In this document: piece by piece, positions 16,529 to 25,111 of the stretch
Numbering within the stretch: position 1 is the first letter of the stretch
How the letters are laid out: each line of letters opens with the position of its first letter
Source of the DNA: Xylanibacter ruminicola 23
GTDB taxonomy: Bacteria; Bacteroidota; Bacteroidia; Bacteroidales; Bacteroidaceae
DNA length: 32,000 nucleotides
Direction of reading: 5' to 3'
Assembly: GCF_000025925.1 (NCBI RefSeq)
Contig: NC_014033.1
Location: 1,050,001-1,082,000 of the forward strand
Notes under the pieces: model-generated
Told to the model about the DNA's origin: nothing
Databases searched by the model: none
The model's input: only the letters and a program-made list of their open reading frames with translations
Translations under genes and position numbers: made by a program

Positions 16529-19500
16529 TTATTTCCTGCGACTTTTGGGTGATTTGTTACGGATGAGCTGGGCGTATTCGTCCTGGGCCTGTTTGATGCC
16601 GGTGTCGCCAGTGACGGTGTTGACTGTCACAAAAGGTTCGCTGAGACGATCCTTCAACTGGCGCATGATATCGGCATACTCCTTCATCTGCTTGTCAGAC
16701 TGTTCTGACTGCTGCTGGGTGGGCTGCAGGATAACTGTCGGCGATGATGGTGCGGACTGTGCGTACACGCTCGGAGCCACGATACTTCGTGAAACGTCAT
16801 CCGAGCGTAATGAACCGATGGTGTTCGTTCGCTGGGCATAGTCCAAAGCCTCAATCATCGGGCGGGCTACGGGCGACTGCAGTAACTCCTGACTGGCCAC
16901 CCACTCCCCTTTATGTACGATGCCGGCCACCTCGTATTTACCGCCGTCGCCGGTGAAGCCACCCTTGGCGTAACCCTGCGCGGCCGATGCCTCCTGCTGC
17001 TTCTTGATGGCAGCCACCTGTAGCATGCCTGCAGCTACAGCCGAAGCTGCTGCGATTGGTGCCAGGATGTAACCGATAAGTGGTACTGCAGCCGCTGAGC
17101 TGTAGGCATTGATGGCAGAAGTAGCTGTCTGTGCGATGGCCTGCATCACCTGCATCTTGAACATTTTCTTGTTCGCGTCGGACTTGACCTTGGCCACCTC
17201 CTGCTCCTTCTGCTTCTCAAGTTTCTTCACGATATAATTGTTACCTTCGGCGTTGGAGATTTCCGCCTGGTATCGCTTTTCGATGGCAGCGATTTGTATA
17301 TCCGCTTCGGCCTGAATGAGCGAAGACATCTGTTGGAAGATGCTGCTCATGCCGGAGCTGATGACATCCAGGGAACCAGTGACCGCCTTACCCATATCTG
17401 ATTGCAGCCACTCCTGAGTGGCGTCGGTCCATTCTTCGAGGAATGACTTGTTATCGTCGAGTTCGTCGATGCCGTACTTCTTACGCAGGGCCTTTTTCGC
17501 TTTCTGGTAGTCCTCTTCGATACGCAGTTTCTCTTGGGCGTTGTTGTCGGCTGCTTGTATCTCCAGGTCATAGACTACTTTGAGTGCTTCCAGGTCGGTC
17601 ATATACTTATTTGTACGCTCAGAGCGGCTGTCCCCGAAATATTCCTCCTTGATTTTCTTCAGTTGGTCCTGATGCTTCTTCTCGGCGGCTTCCGTCTCCT
17701 GTTGGCGTCGCTTCTGGTCGGCAATGAGTTTGTCCTGATATTGGGTCTGCGCCTGCGTGTATTCTGTCGTGCCCTCTTCATAGATCGACGTCATGCGCTT
17801 CAGGTGATTCAATTCCAAGAGCTCCATTGACTGCTGGTAAATCTCCTGGTCTATCTTCCCATCGATATAGCGTTGCTTCTGGATGGACATTGCTTCGTTG
17901 TAAAGCTGTGTCTCCTGTTCCACAGTGATTTTTGTATGCTGCTCCGATTGCTTCTTTTCAGCCTCTGCATATGCTGCCTGAGCCTCCAGCTTTTCTATTT
18001 CCGTGAGGTCGCTGTGTTGTAGGATCTTCGTCTGGTATTCGATTTCGATTTCCAGAATGCGCTTCTGGTACTGTTCGTAGTTCTGCTGACCGGTGGCATA
18101 ACTGATTCGATTGAGGGCTTCTTCCTTGGCTTTCCAGTCCTTTTCCTCCTTGAAGCGCTCCTGTTTTTTACTGTCGTCAGTGGGAGGTGGTGTTGGGGTC
18201 TTCTTTGGGTCTTCGGCCTTTGCTAACTTCTCCGCTTCGTCTGCCAGGCGCTGATTGTCCGCTGTGAGGGATTCGATGATGTTGTTGTACTGTGTCACCG
18301 TCTTGTCCAGACGGGACTGTTGCAGCTTCCATGCCCTGTAGGCAGTAGGACTTACATTAGCGCTGCGGATGGCCTCCGATTCCGACTGGCCCTGCTTTTC
18401 GTTGAAATAGGCGTCCTGGATGTTATGTGGCGCATCGTTGAAATGCACGTCGCGCTGATGCTCAGCGTCGGGCAGCTTGTCTAAAGCGGCTTTGATTTTG
18501 GCAGAGTTCTTCAGCTGTTCCGTATAGTTTTTCAGGATCTTGATGTTGTGACCATAGAGCTGGCCCTCCTCGCTGATGCTCGCGTGGTAGTCAGGTATGA
18601 TCTGTTGCAGCTCCTCGATGGCCTTGCGGCGCTTGTTGACAGATAGAGACTCGTTTTCTATCGTACGTTTTAGCTGCTCAATGCGGTTGATTTCCTCGCG
18701 TGTGTTGCGGTCGGCTTCCTCATTGATATCCTTCAGGCGCTTCTGAGCTGCAGCGGCCGTGCTGCTTGATTTGGCAAACTTCACGTACATTCCAATCAGG
18801 AGTGTCATAGCTGTGATGGCCACACCCATGGGGTTCATCTTCAGTACCTTGTTAAAGAATGTCTGTGCTGCTGTAGCGGCGGTGATTTCCCCTCTTAGTA
18901 CCTTGTGTTTGAGGATAGAGGCTGCCAATGCCGTGTTTTCGATGGCTATTGCTGCAGCCTTCAGTTTGGCGACGGCAATGTATCTGAGCGACCAAAGATG
19001 TTGCAGTTTGACGGCTGTATAGTAGCCCACTACAGCAGCAGTAAGTGTGATGAGTGTGCCTTTGTATTTCAGGATAAAATCTACTAGCGTAGAGAGAACT
19101 TTCAGTATGAGTGTTGTACTGCTCAGAACGTGACGCATGACGGGCTGCAGCTTTTCACCCAGTTCGATGGCCATTTCCTTGACACGCTTGCGTGCCTTGT
19201 CGAGTCCGGCCTGTACCGTAGTGTTCTGTACGTTGTATTCCTTGGTGACCGATGTTGCTTCCTTGAAAGCCTTCGCTGCTTCCGACTGTTCCCAACGAAT
19301 CATATCCAAATTACCTGCCAACGCAGATATGACCTGAGCAACTCGGGCACCGTTTTCTCCCATATCCTTGAAAATGGGTGCCAGAACGTCGATGTTACCC
19401 AGTTTGTCGAGCGTGTCTAGGAGCATCAGCAGGCCCTCGTTTGTTCCCTTGGCCAGCGTCTGCTTGAACTTCTCCGCATTCATGCCCGTAGCCTTAATAA

Positions 19501-20551
19501 TCTTATCCTGCTGCTTGAACATGTCCATGATCAGCTTCGAGACAGCTGTGGCCGACATCTCAACGGCCTGTCCCTGAGAGTCGAGGACAGCGGCCAGACC
19601 CATAATCTGTGGGATGGTCATTTCTGCCTGGGCACCTACGCCTGCCATACGCTTGGCGAAGTTGGCCAGGTATGGAGCTGATGCGGTGCAGTTCTGTGAG
19701 AGCTCGTTGATGACAGAACCAACAGACAGCAACGCTTTTTCTGTGCCTAAACGCTCTTCGTCGCCGAAGATGTTGGTCAGTTTGGAGAGTGTGAGTGTGG
19801 CCCCGTCGCCGAGCTCGTCGAGTGCGACATTGATCTGGTCAGCCGCTTTCACGAATCCCATGATATCCTCTTTCGACTGCTTGCCCAGTTTACCCGCTTC
19901 CTCTGCAAGGATGTTCAGCTGTTCACGGCTGGAGCGTGTGTCCATCTTCTTGAATTCCTCGTTCAGGTCCTCGACTTGTTCCTTGGCCATGCCCGTGAAC
20001 TTGCGGACATTAGCCATCTCTGCGTCGATGTCCGCATAGGCTTTCACAGCGGAACGGCCGGCCATAATGATACCTGTTGCAGCAGCTATCATGCCCATGA
20101 GTGTGGTCTGCCAGTCGTTCATCTTACGGTTGAAGCGGTCCCAGAATCCCTCGCCAACGGTCAGCTCGGTGTTGACCTTGGCGAGTTCCGCTTTTACCCG
20201 TTTGATGGCTTCCGCCTGCCGGTACCACTGCTCTGTACCTCGTTCGATACCGTTGAGCTGCTTCTTGAGAGTGGCTAGTGTCTTGTTCAGTTCCTTGGGT
20301 GTTGCTCTGTCGAGGTTCTTCAGGACCTTCTCCACGCCGGCAGTAGCACTCTCTATCTGGGTTATCTGCCGGTTGGTCTGCTTCAGTTCCTTCTGAAGTC
20401 GTTTGAGTTCTACCTTGTTACCCGCTTTTGCTGCGTTCTCGATAGCATGTTCCAGGTCTTGTGATTTCTTTTTGAGGTTGTCCAGCATATCCTGCGCCTG
20501 TTTGCCGTTGACAGTCAGGGTGACAGTTGCGTTTGTGTTGATTGATGACAT
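16529..20551 (-). CDS. Phage tail tape measure protein
   Basis: 1340 aa. It has long coiled-coil Q/E/K-rich stretches, central hydrophobic helices, and a C-terminal GGFTGDGGKYEVAGIVHKGEWV motif common in tape measure proteins. Confidence 0.85.
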   Translation of the reverse strand: MSSINTNATVTLTVNGKQAQDMLDNLKKKSQDLEHAIENAAKAGNKVELKRLQKELKQTNRQITQIESATAGVEKVLKNLDRATPKELNKTLATLKKQLNGIERGTEQWYRQAEAIKRVKAELAKVNTELTVGEGFWDRFNRKMNDWQTTLMGMIAAATGIIMAGRSAVKAYADIDAEMANVRKFTGMAKEQVEDLNEEFKKMDTRSSREQLNILAEEAGKLGKQSKEDIMGFVKAADQINVALDELGDGATLTLSKLTNIFGDEERLGTEKALLSVGSVINELSQNCTASAPYLANFAKRMAGVGAQAEMTIPQIMGLAAVLDSQGQAVEMSATAVSKLIMDMFKQQDKIIKATGMNAEKFKQTLAKGTNEGLLMLLDTLDKLGNIDVLAPIFKDMGENGARVAQVISALAGNLDMIRWEQSEAAKAFKEATSVTKEYNVQNTTVQAGLDKARKRVKEMAIELGEKLQPVMRHVLSSTTLILKVLSTLVDFILKYKGTLITLTAAVVGYYTAVKLQHLWSLRYIAVAKLKAAAIAIENTALAASILKHKVLRGEITAATAAQTFFNKVLKMNPMGVAITAMTLLIGMYVKFAKSSSTAAAAQKRLKDINEEADRNTREEINRIEQLKRTIENESLSVNKRRKAIEELQQIIPDYHASISEEGQLYGHNIKILKNYTEQLKNSAKIKAALDKLPDAEHQRDVHFNDAPHNIQDAYFNEKQGQSESEAIRSANVSPTAYRAWKLQQSRLDKTVTQYNNIIESLTADNQRLADEAEKLAKAEDPKKTPTPPPTDDSKKQERFKEEKDWKAKEEALNRISYATGQQNYEQYQKRILEIEIEYQTKILQHSDLTEIEKLEAQAAYAEAEKKQSEQHTKITVEQETQLYNEAMSIQKQRYIDGKIDQEIYQQSMELLELNHLKRMTSIYEEGTTEYTQAQTQYQDKLIADQKRRQQETEAAEKKHQDQLKKIKEEYFGDSRSERTNKYMTDLEALKVVYDLEIQAADNNAQEKLRIEEDYQKAKKALRKKYGIDELDDNKSFLEEWTDATQEWLQSDMGKAVTGSLDVISSGMSSIFQQMSSLIQAEADIQIAAIEKRYQAEISNAEGNNYIVKKLEKQKEQEVAKVKSDANKKMFKMQVMQAIAQTATSAINAYSSAAAVPLIGYILAPIAAASAVAAGMLQVAAIKKQQEASAAQGYAKGGFTGDGGKYEVAGIVHKGEWVASQELLQSPVARPMIEALDYAQRTNTIGSLRSDDVSRSIVAPSVYAQSAPSSPTVILQPTQQQSEQSDKQMKEYADIMRQLKDRLSEPFVTVNTVTGDTGIKQAQDEYAQLIRNKSPKSRRK

Positions 20552-20583
20552 GATTTACAAGTTTAAATATGGATTTACAAGTG

Positions 20584-20591
20584 CAAATATA
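20584..20591 (-). promoter_or_regulatory. -7 box (TATATTTG on minus strand) directly upstream of the tape measure gene
   Basis: CAAATATA on the + strand lies 33 nt upstream of ATG 20551. The leader consists of two direct ACTTGTAAATC repeats (minus-strand sense; 20552-20562 and 20572-20582). Confidence 0.45.
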
Positions 20592-21120
20592 GTTTCGTGC
20601 GTGTTTATGTGAAAAGACGTGTCTGATGCCCATGCCTGAGACTTGACTGGGTGAAGGTATGGGGCGCACATCAGGCACTTTTCATTGATTATCCCACAGT
20701 TATTTGTTAAAACTGAAAATAGTTAAGTTAATAACCCTTTCGGTTGCTGATAATCAATGACTTACGGGATTGTTAAGGGCTGTGCCCTTAACCCGTCGGG
20801 ATAGACACCCCCCACGCGCCCTGCCCTCGCCTCCCGCTCCCAACGCTCAGAAGAAGCGGAATATGTAAACAGATGTTAAGAAAATGGGGCTTGAAGTCGG
20901 ATATTGTTAAGAAAGCCCCCGAAGTTGCGCATAGGCTCAAAAGCCCTTGAAATTCAGCTAAAATGACGAATGTGCGGTACTGAGCCACAGGTGCGACACG
21001 AAATCCCTTTGACTTGGCAAAGGGTTGCGTGGCGTACTTGTGGAATGGGCGAATCAGACACTCTTCGGCTTGACCTCAATCTTTGATTGAAATCATAGCC
21101 GATGTGTGTCCGCCCTGGCG

Positions 21121-21288
21121 CACGGATGTGCGGTACTGGGCAGGGGTGAACAGGCATAAAGAAAATCAGAGGCAGAGTGTTGGCTCACCAGAGCCTTAAC
21201 GTGCCCCTGACTTTTCTGTTGACTGTTCTCTCCTGCTTGCCTCCAGAGCCGAATGTGGCTGGGCTTTATGCGCTGCCTCTTTCGGCTG
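21121..21288. repeat. Structured non-coding module, copy A (long form)
   Basis: Shares ordered blocks with copy B: CACGGATGTGCGGTA, GGGGTGAA, CTCCTGCTT, and a 42-nt block AGCCGAATGTGGCTGGGCTTTATGCGCTGCCTCTTTCGGCTG (41/42 identical). Copy A also carries a 73-nt insertion (21152-21224) inside a conserved stem. Confidence 0.6.
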
Positions 21289-21291
21289 GAA

Positions 21292-21705
21292 CTACTGTTT
21301 TAGCATGGCTTTGCCGTACTTGTACCACCAGTAAACAGAATTGTAGAGTGCGTAAACACGCTCTTTGAAGAAGTCTGGATACTTTGGTGTTAGCTCTTCT
21401 GCATTGTAACCTGCAATGACACAGATGAAAGAGAGGTCGGCCTCGATGTAATCACACCATTTGTTCTGACCAAGACACCAACCGAGGATGTTATCAAACT
21501 CGGCTTCGCTTTTTGGCAACTGCACGTGCACGACAAGGTGCGGCTTGTCCTGCTGGTACAGGAGCCAATAGGAACCATGTCCTTCGATGTGTTTCAACTC
21601 TGCCTTGAAGGACTCGAAGGCAACATGCTTAGGCTTTAGCCCAGGCTTCTGTAGGCGTGGGAACAATACTAAATCACTTTTTTCAATCTTTCTGATTTCC
21701 ATCAT
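21292..21705 (-). CDS. Hypothetical phage protein (137 aa)
   Basis: Clean ORF with a plausible composition and its own -7 box at 21819-21826. No motif recognised. Confidence 0.6.
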   Translation of the reverse strand: MMEIRKIEKSDLVLFPRLQKPGLKPKHVAFESFKAELKHIEGHGSYWLLYQQDKPHLVVHVQLPKSEAEFDNILGWCLGQNKWCDYIEADLSFICVIAGYNAEELTPKYPDFFKERVYALYNSVYWWYKYGKAMLKQ

Positions 21706-21818
21706 CGTAAATTTTTAGTGGGTTAAACAATCTCACTCACATCATTTTACCACCGATGCCTACGACAGTTGGCCGGTTGGTGGGCAAATTGTGCCACTCT
21801 TGATGCAATTTTCTGCTG

Positions 21819-21826
21819 CAAAGGTA
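21819..21826 (-). promoter_or_regulatory. -7 box (TACCTTTG on minus strand) for the 137-aa gene
   Basis: CAAAGGTA on the + strand lies about 115 nt upstream of ATG 21705. Confidence 0.45.
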
Positions 21827-22202
21827 TGGATTTTATTCGGAATGAACAAATGTTTTGAAGGAAATGTATTTTTAGAGTGAGCCGTAGGCTTAGTGTTGGC
21901 AAGCGCTTGCTGGACTTTTAAGTACAGATTTTTGTGTGCCTGTGGTGAGCTGTAAGCCATTTGTGGAATGAAAACGGCAGGAGTGCGTAGGTGCTGCGCG
22001 ACATACAGCAATCGCTGTCCACTTGTGGCAAAACAGTGTGTATGTGCTTGCACATTCTCTCTATTTTGAAGCGTTGCCGTATGCCGCATTAGCAGCACCT
22101 TCGCTCTCCAGAGTGTCATGTAACAAGTGGCCAGCCCACCTCAGGCATACAAAAAGCATATCGCAGATATGAAAGCACGCAGGGGTGTGTGGGCTGGGTG
22201 CT

Positions 22203-22305
22203 CACGGATGTGCGGTAAAAAAGAGGCTGGGGTGAATTTGATTCACTCCTGCTTATTGATGATAGCCGAATGTGGCAGGGCTTTATGCGCTGCCTCTTTC
22301 GGCTG
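22203..22305. repeat. Structured non-coding module, copy B (short form)
   Basis: Same block order as copy A. The stem GGGGTGAAT-ttg-ATTCACTCC (22229-22249) closes with a 3-nt loop where copy A has a 73-nt insertion. Confidence 0.6.
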
Positions 22306-22497
22306 AGTGCCAGCGGCTAGGAGAGGACACGGGACTTGATAGACTTAGAACTTCGTTTCTATGAATGATTATTGAAGGAACGCAGGAGATTGTGAGTGGG
22401 TTTACTGCAAGGATGAGTGGTATAAGGATACTTATGCCGCAAGATTCCCTTTGTTTTGGAAATGAGTTCGAACTGTACTGTTGGATTGGAATTTATT

Positions 22498-23847
22498 TCA
22501 ATTTGAACCTAGTAAATATTTTCTACCCTCATCTGTTTTTAGTAATGGTATAATTTTCTCCAACAAATCGAATAAATAGGATTTAAGAAGATCTTTAGAG
22601 TCGCACTCTCTTCTCTTTGCCATCCCCGCAATGGGCTCTGACTTTGTCCTATATTGACAATAATAACAGAAATCACTCTCCAGATATTCCAATTTAATAT
22701 TTAATGTTTTATTAATAATACTTACTAAAGATTCTGAAGGCCTAAATTCTGATTCTGCAGAAAATAAGACAGTATATTCATACCACCCATAATCGTCTCT
22801 ACCAGCTCTGTAATTGCCGTCTTCAAAGCAAGTGACTTTAAGACTTAAAATAAAATTCATTAGATTGCGAATATCTTTGTCTTCAATAATATAATCCTTA
22901 CATATCCCTATTGGAACTTTATACTTGAAGCCTTCTATCGCTTTTTCTTGATTAAACTTAAGAAATAGTTGAAGATACAATTTTCTTTGAAGATATCTTT
23001 TAAAAGCTTCTAAGTCATACATATAATACTTGGGGAGGTTTTTGATTGTTCCAATGTATTGAACAGTTTTTTCAATAGTTACTATTTTAATGCTTGAATT
23101 AGTAATAACTTCCAACATATTTGCCAAATACAAATTTGGCAAAACATTTTTGTTTCCATAGAATTTGACAGTGCATTCTTTATGTTCAACCGACCAAATA
23201 TCAAGATCATCTCTGACATTTACTTCCAAATTATAAACCATAGATAAAACATTCCTTATATTTATTGAATGGCTTTTCCTTAAAGCTTCTTTATCTACAA
23301 AAGAAGAACTATCTGTTAACTCATTTATTTTCCGATCCCAATATTGGAAATTTATATTATGTGTAATAATACCTTTGTCTAATATTTCATTTATCTCTGG
23401 AATAACATTAGAAAAGAGAAAATGTATTGGGCTCTTTATACCGGATTCTTTTTTACCATCCTTAAAAAATATAGATTGATTTACATCGAAAATATGCTCT
23501 ATCGGTTTCTTCCATTTATTACTTTGATAGTCGGAATCATAAATAGACGTATGAATAGAATAACTATAAAAAATGATATAACTATTAGGATCGCCATATG
23601 GAGACTCTCTCTTGTTTACTTTAATAGTTATCTTAGAAATCTTTATATTACCTATCATTATCTCCACCTCTACCTTTTCTTTCGTGTTGATATTTATGTA
23701 ACCTAATGAACAAATAAAATTATTTTTTTTATGTTCAATTTCAACAAAAGGAACATCATCAGCTATAAAATCATATTCCTTTATTTGTTCATAAAAATCC
23801 GTATAATTAGAAACTTCTATTACCTCTTGATTATTTATTAGAATCAT
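22498..23847 (-). CDS. AT-rich orphan protein (449 aa), function unknown; candidate prophage accessory/defence gene
   Basis: Uninterrupted 449-aa ORF rich in Asn/Ile/Lys/Tyr. A sampled 60-nt line (23101-23160) has 16 G+C, against 35 G+C in a tape-measure line (17041-17100). Its own -7 box lies at 23870-23877. Confidence 0.75.
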   Translation of the reverse strand: MILINNQEVIEVSNYTDFYEQIKEYDFIADDVPFVEIEHKKNNFICSLGYININTKEKVEVEIMIGNIKISKITIKVNKRESPYGDPNSYIIFYSYSIHTSIYDSDYQSNKWKKPIEHIFDVNQSIFFKDGKKESGIKSPIHFLFSNVIPEINEILDKGIITHNINFQYWDRKINELTDSSSFVDKEALRKSHSINIRNVLSMVYNLEVNVRDDLDIWSVEHKECTVKFYGNKNVLPNLYLANMLEVITNSSIKIVTIEKTVQYIGTIKNLPKYYMYDLEAFKRYLQRKLYLQLFLKFNQEKAIEGFKYKVPIGICKDYIIEDKDIRNLMNFILSLKVTCFEDGNYRAGRDDYGWYEYTVLFSAESEFRPSESLVSIINKTLNIKLEYLESDFCYYCQYRTKSEPIAGMAKRRECDSKDLLKSYLFDLLEKIIPLLKTDEGRKYLLGSN

Positions 23848-23869
23848 ACCACTAAGAATTTTTATGGGT

Positions 23870-23877
23870 CAAAGATA
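23870..23877 (-). promoter_or_regulatory. -7 box (TATCTTTG on minus strand) for the 449-aa orphan gene
   Basis: CAAAGATA on the + strand lies 22 nt upstream of ATG 23847. Confidence 0.5.
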
Positions 23878-24094
23878 GCTTTTTTTTTTGGAAAATAAAT
23901 ATATTAATCCAAAAATATGATAGAAATTTTATACTATTTCATATTTTAGGATATTTTTTAAAGATCTATTATTCATTATAAGATTTTATATAATTAAACA
24001 AATCATAGGACAAAATTTACAGAGGAAACTACAAATAGATGAAAATTTATGAAATGATAAATGGCCAAGCGTAGAAAGAATATGATTGTTTTTA

Positions 24095-24679
24095 TTAAGC
24101 AGAAATGCGGAACCGATGAATTATATATAGGACAATAGTAAAGATGAAAATGAGAGCGATGTATTCGTGAGCTGATGCAGGAGCGGACTTGTCCGCTTTT
24201 GCCGATTTGAACTTTTGGGACTGGGTGGCTACTGCTACGCTGTCCTTCAAATCGGTGGCGGTGACGGACTTCTCCTTGGTGCTTGCACCGAGGTGTAGTC
24301 CGTAGATGTGGAGAGACTTTGGGAAAGGCGAAGCGAGGACGGGACGCGAAGCGTCTCGTGGGCGCTGATGGCTATTGGGGACTTGTGGAGTGAGTGAGTC
24401 AGAGGGAGTTTCCAACCAGCTTTCTATCGCTGATGGAAACGCTGTTGGAAACTCCTGAGACTCATTAAAGAATATCATTGAGATGCTGTCTGCAGACAAG
24501 GAAAACTGTCTGGAGAGCGAATCGATTGTGCGGTAAAAAGTGAGACGGGATGCCGTCACGGCTGCCGTCTCACTTGCACTTACCGCCTTTTCGGACGTGC
24601 GCACTGTCTTACAAGCGGCAAGTGACAGACAAAATGAAAACAAAATAACAGAGTAAAGTGAGCGAGAAAAGTATTTCAT
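24095..24679 (-). CDS. Lipoprotein with C-terminal TM helix; unimolecular-spanin-like
   Basis: 194 aa. It has a lipobox signal MKYFSRSLYSVILFSFCLSLAAC and a C-terminal hydrophobic helix YIALIFIFTIVLYII. It starts 12 nt after the endolysin stop. Confidence 0.55.
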   Translation of the reverse strand: MKYFSRSLYSVILFSFCLSLAACKTVRTSEKAVSASETAAVTASRLTFYRTIDSLSRQFSLSADSISMIFFNESQEFPTAFPSAIESWLETPSDSLTPQVPNSHQRPRDASRPVLASPFPKSLHIYGLHLGASTKEKSVTATDLKDSVAVATQSQKFKSAKADKSAPASAHEYIALIFIFTIVLYIIHRFRISA

Positions 24680-24691
24680 ATTTTGTGTTGT

Positions 24692-25111
24692 CTATTTAAA
24701 GATGTAGTCATACTCGTGAACATTGAACGAAGGACAGGCCTTGGCTGCGAATTCGCGGTGGCCATGAAGAGTGGCTTGTGGGTAGCGTTTGTGAAGTTCC
24801 GTCAGGATCTTCACGAATGCTTCCTTCTGGGCTGGTGTTCGGGTATCCTTCTCGGTAAGCTTAGCGTCTCTAGCGCAACCGCCGACATAGCATACTGCGA
24901 TGGAGTGCTTATTGTAACCAGAGCAGTGTATGCCAGGGATGGACTCATCCAGGCATTGATGGATGGTGCCGTCGAGGTATATCAGATAGTGATATCCGAT
25001 GTGGGACCAGTGATTGTCCTTGACGTGCATACGTCTGATATCTTCGACAGTCTGGACTCGGCCTTCGGGCGTAGCTGTGCAGTGGCAGATAATCCTATTT
25101 ATCTCTCTCAT
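24692..25111 (-). CDS. N-acetylmuramoyl-L-alanine amidase endolysin (Amidase_2 / T7-lysozyme / PGRP fold)
   Basis: 139 aa with IICHCTATPEG, HIGYHYLI, NKHSIAVCYVGG and HGHREFAAKACPSF, the zinc-amidase signature of T7-lysozyme-type endolysins. Confidence 0.9.
   Translation of the reverse strand: MREINRIICHCTATPEGRVQTVEDIRRMHVKDNHWSHIGYHYLIYLDGTIHQCLDESIPGIHCSGYNKHSIAVCYVGGCARDAKLTEKDTRTPAQKEAFVKILTELHKRYPQATLHGHREFAAKACPSFNVHEYDYIFK

Noticed and set aside
20788-21157. Overlapping 66-aa and 67-aa minus-strand ORFs in the spacer upstream of the tape measure gene. I also asked whether the spacers could be genes written in a recoded (TAG or TGA reassigned) genetic code, as seen in some gut phages.
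   Set aside because: The ORFs are in different frames and are Arg/Pro/His/Cys-rich. Part of their sequence comes from the repeated module. Neighbouring phage genes in the same element read cleanly in the standard code, so recoding of only this stretch is unlikely. A tblastx test is listed under the findings.
21760-22119. 119-aa minus-strand ORF in the non-coding region upstream of the 137-aa gene
   Set aside because: The translation is His/Thr/Gln/Ala-rich without hydrophobic periodicity. The ORF spans the -7 box that serves the downstream gene. It shares repeat fragments (TTGTGGAATG, GTGCG-TA-GGTGC) with the other non-coding spacer, so it is more likely non-coding.
22460-22475. GAGTTCGAAC resembling a tRNA T-loop in the spacer after the 449-aa gene
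   Set aside because: No complementary T-stem, acceptor stem or anticodon arm can be drawn around it.
20552-22497. CRISPR array, retron msr/msd or ToxI-like tandem RNA repeats as explanations for the repeated modules
   Set aside because: The repeats are only 2-3 copies, 150-1080 nt apart and of unequal length, which does not fit a CRISPR or ToxI array. There are no adjacent cas, RT or toxin genes.
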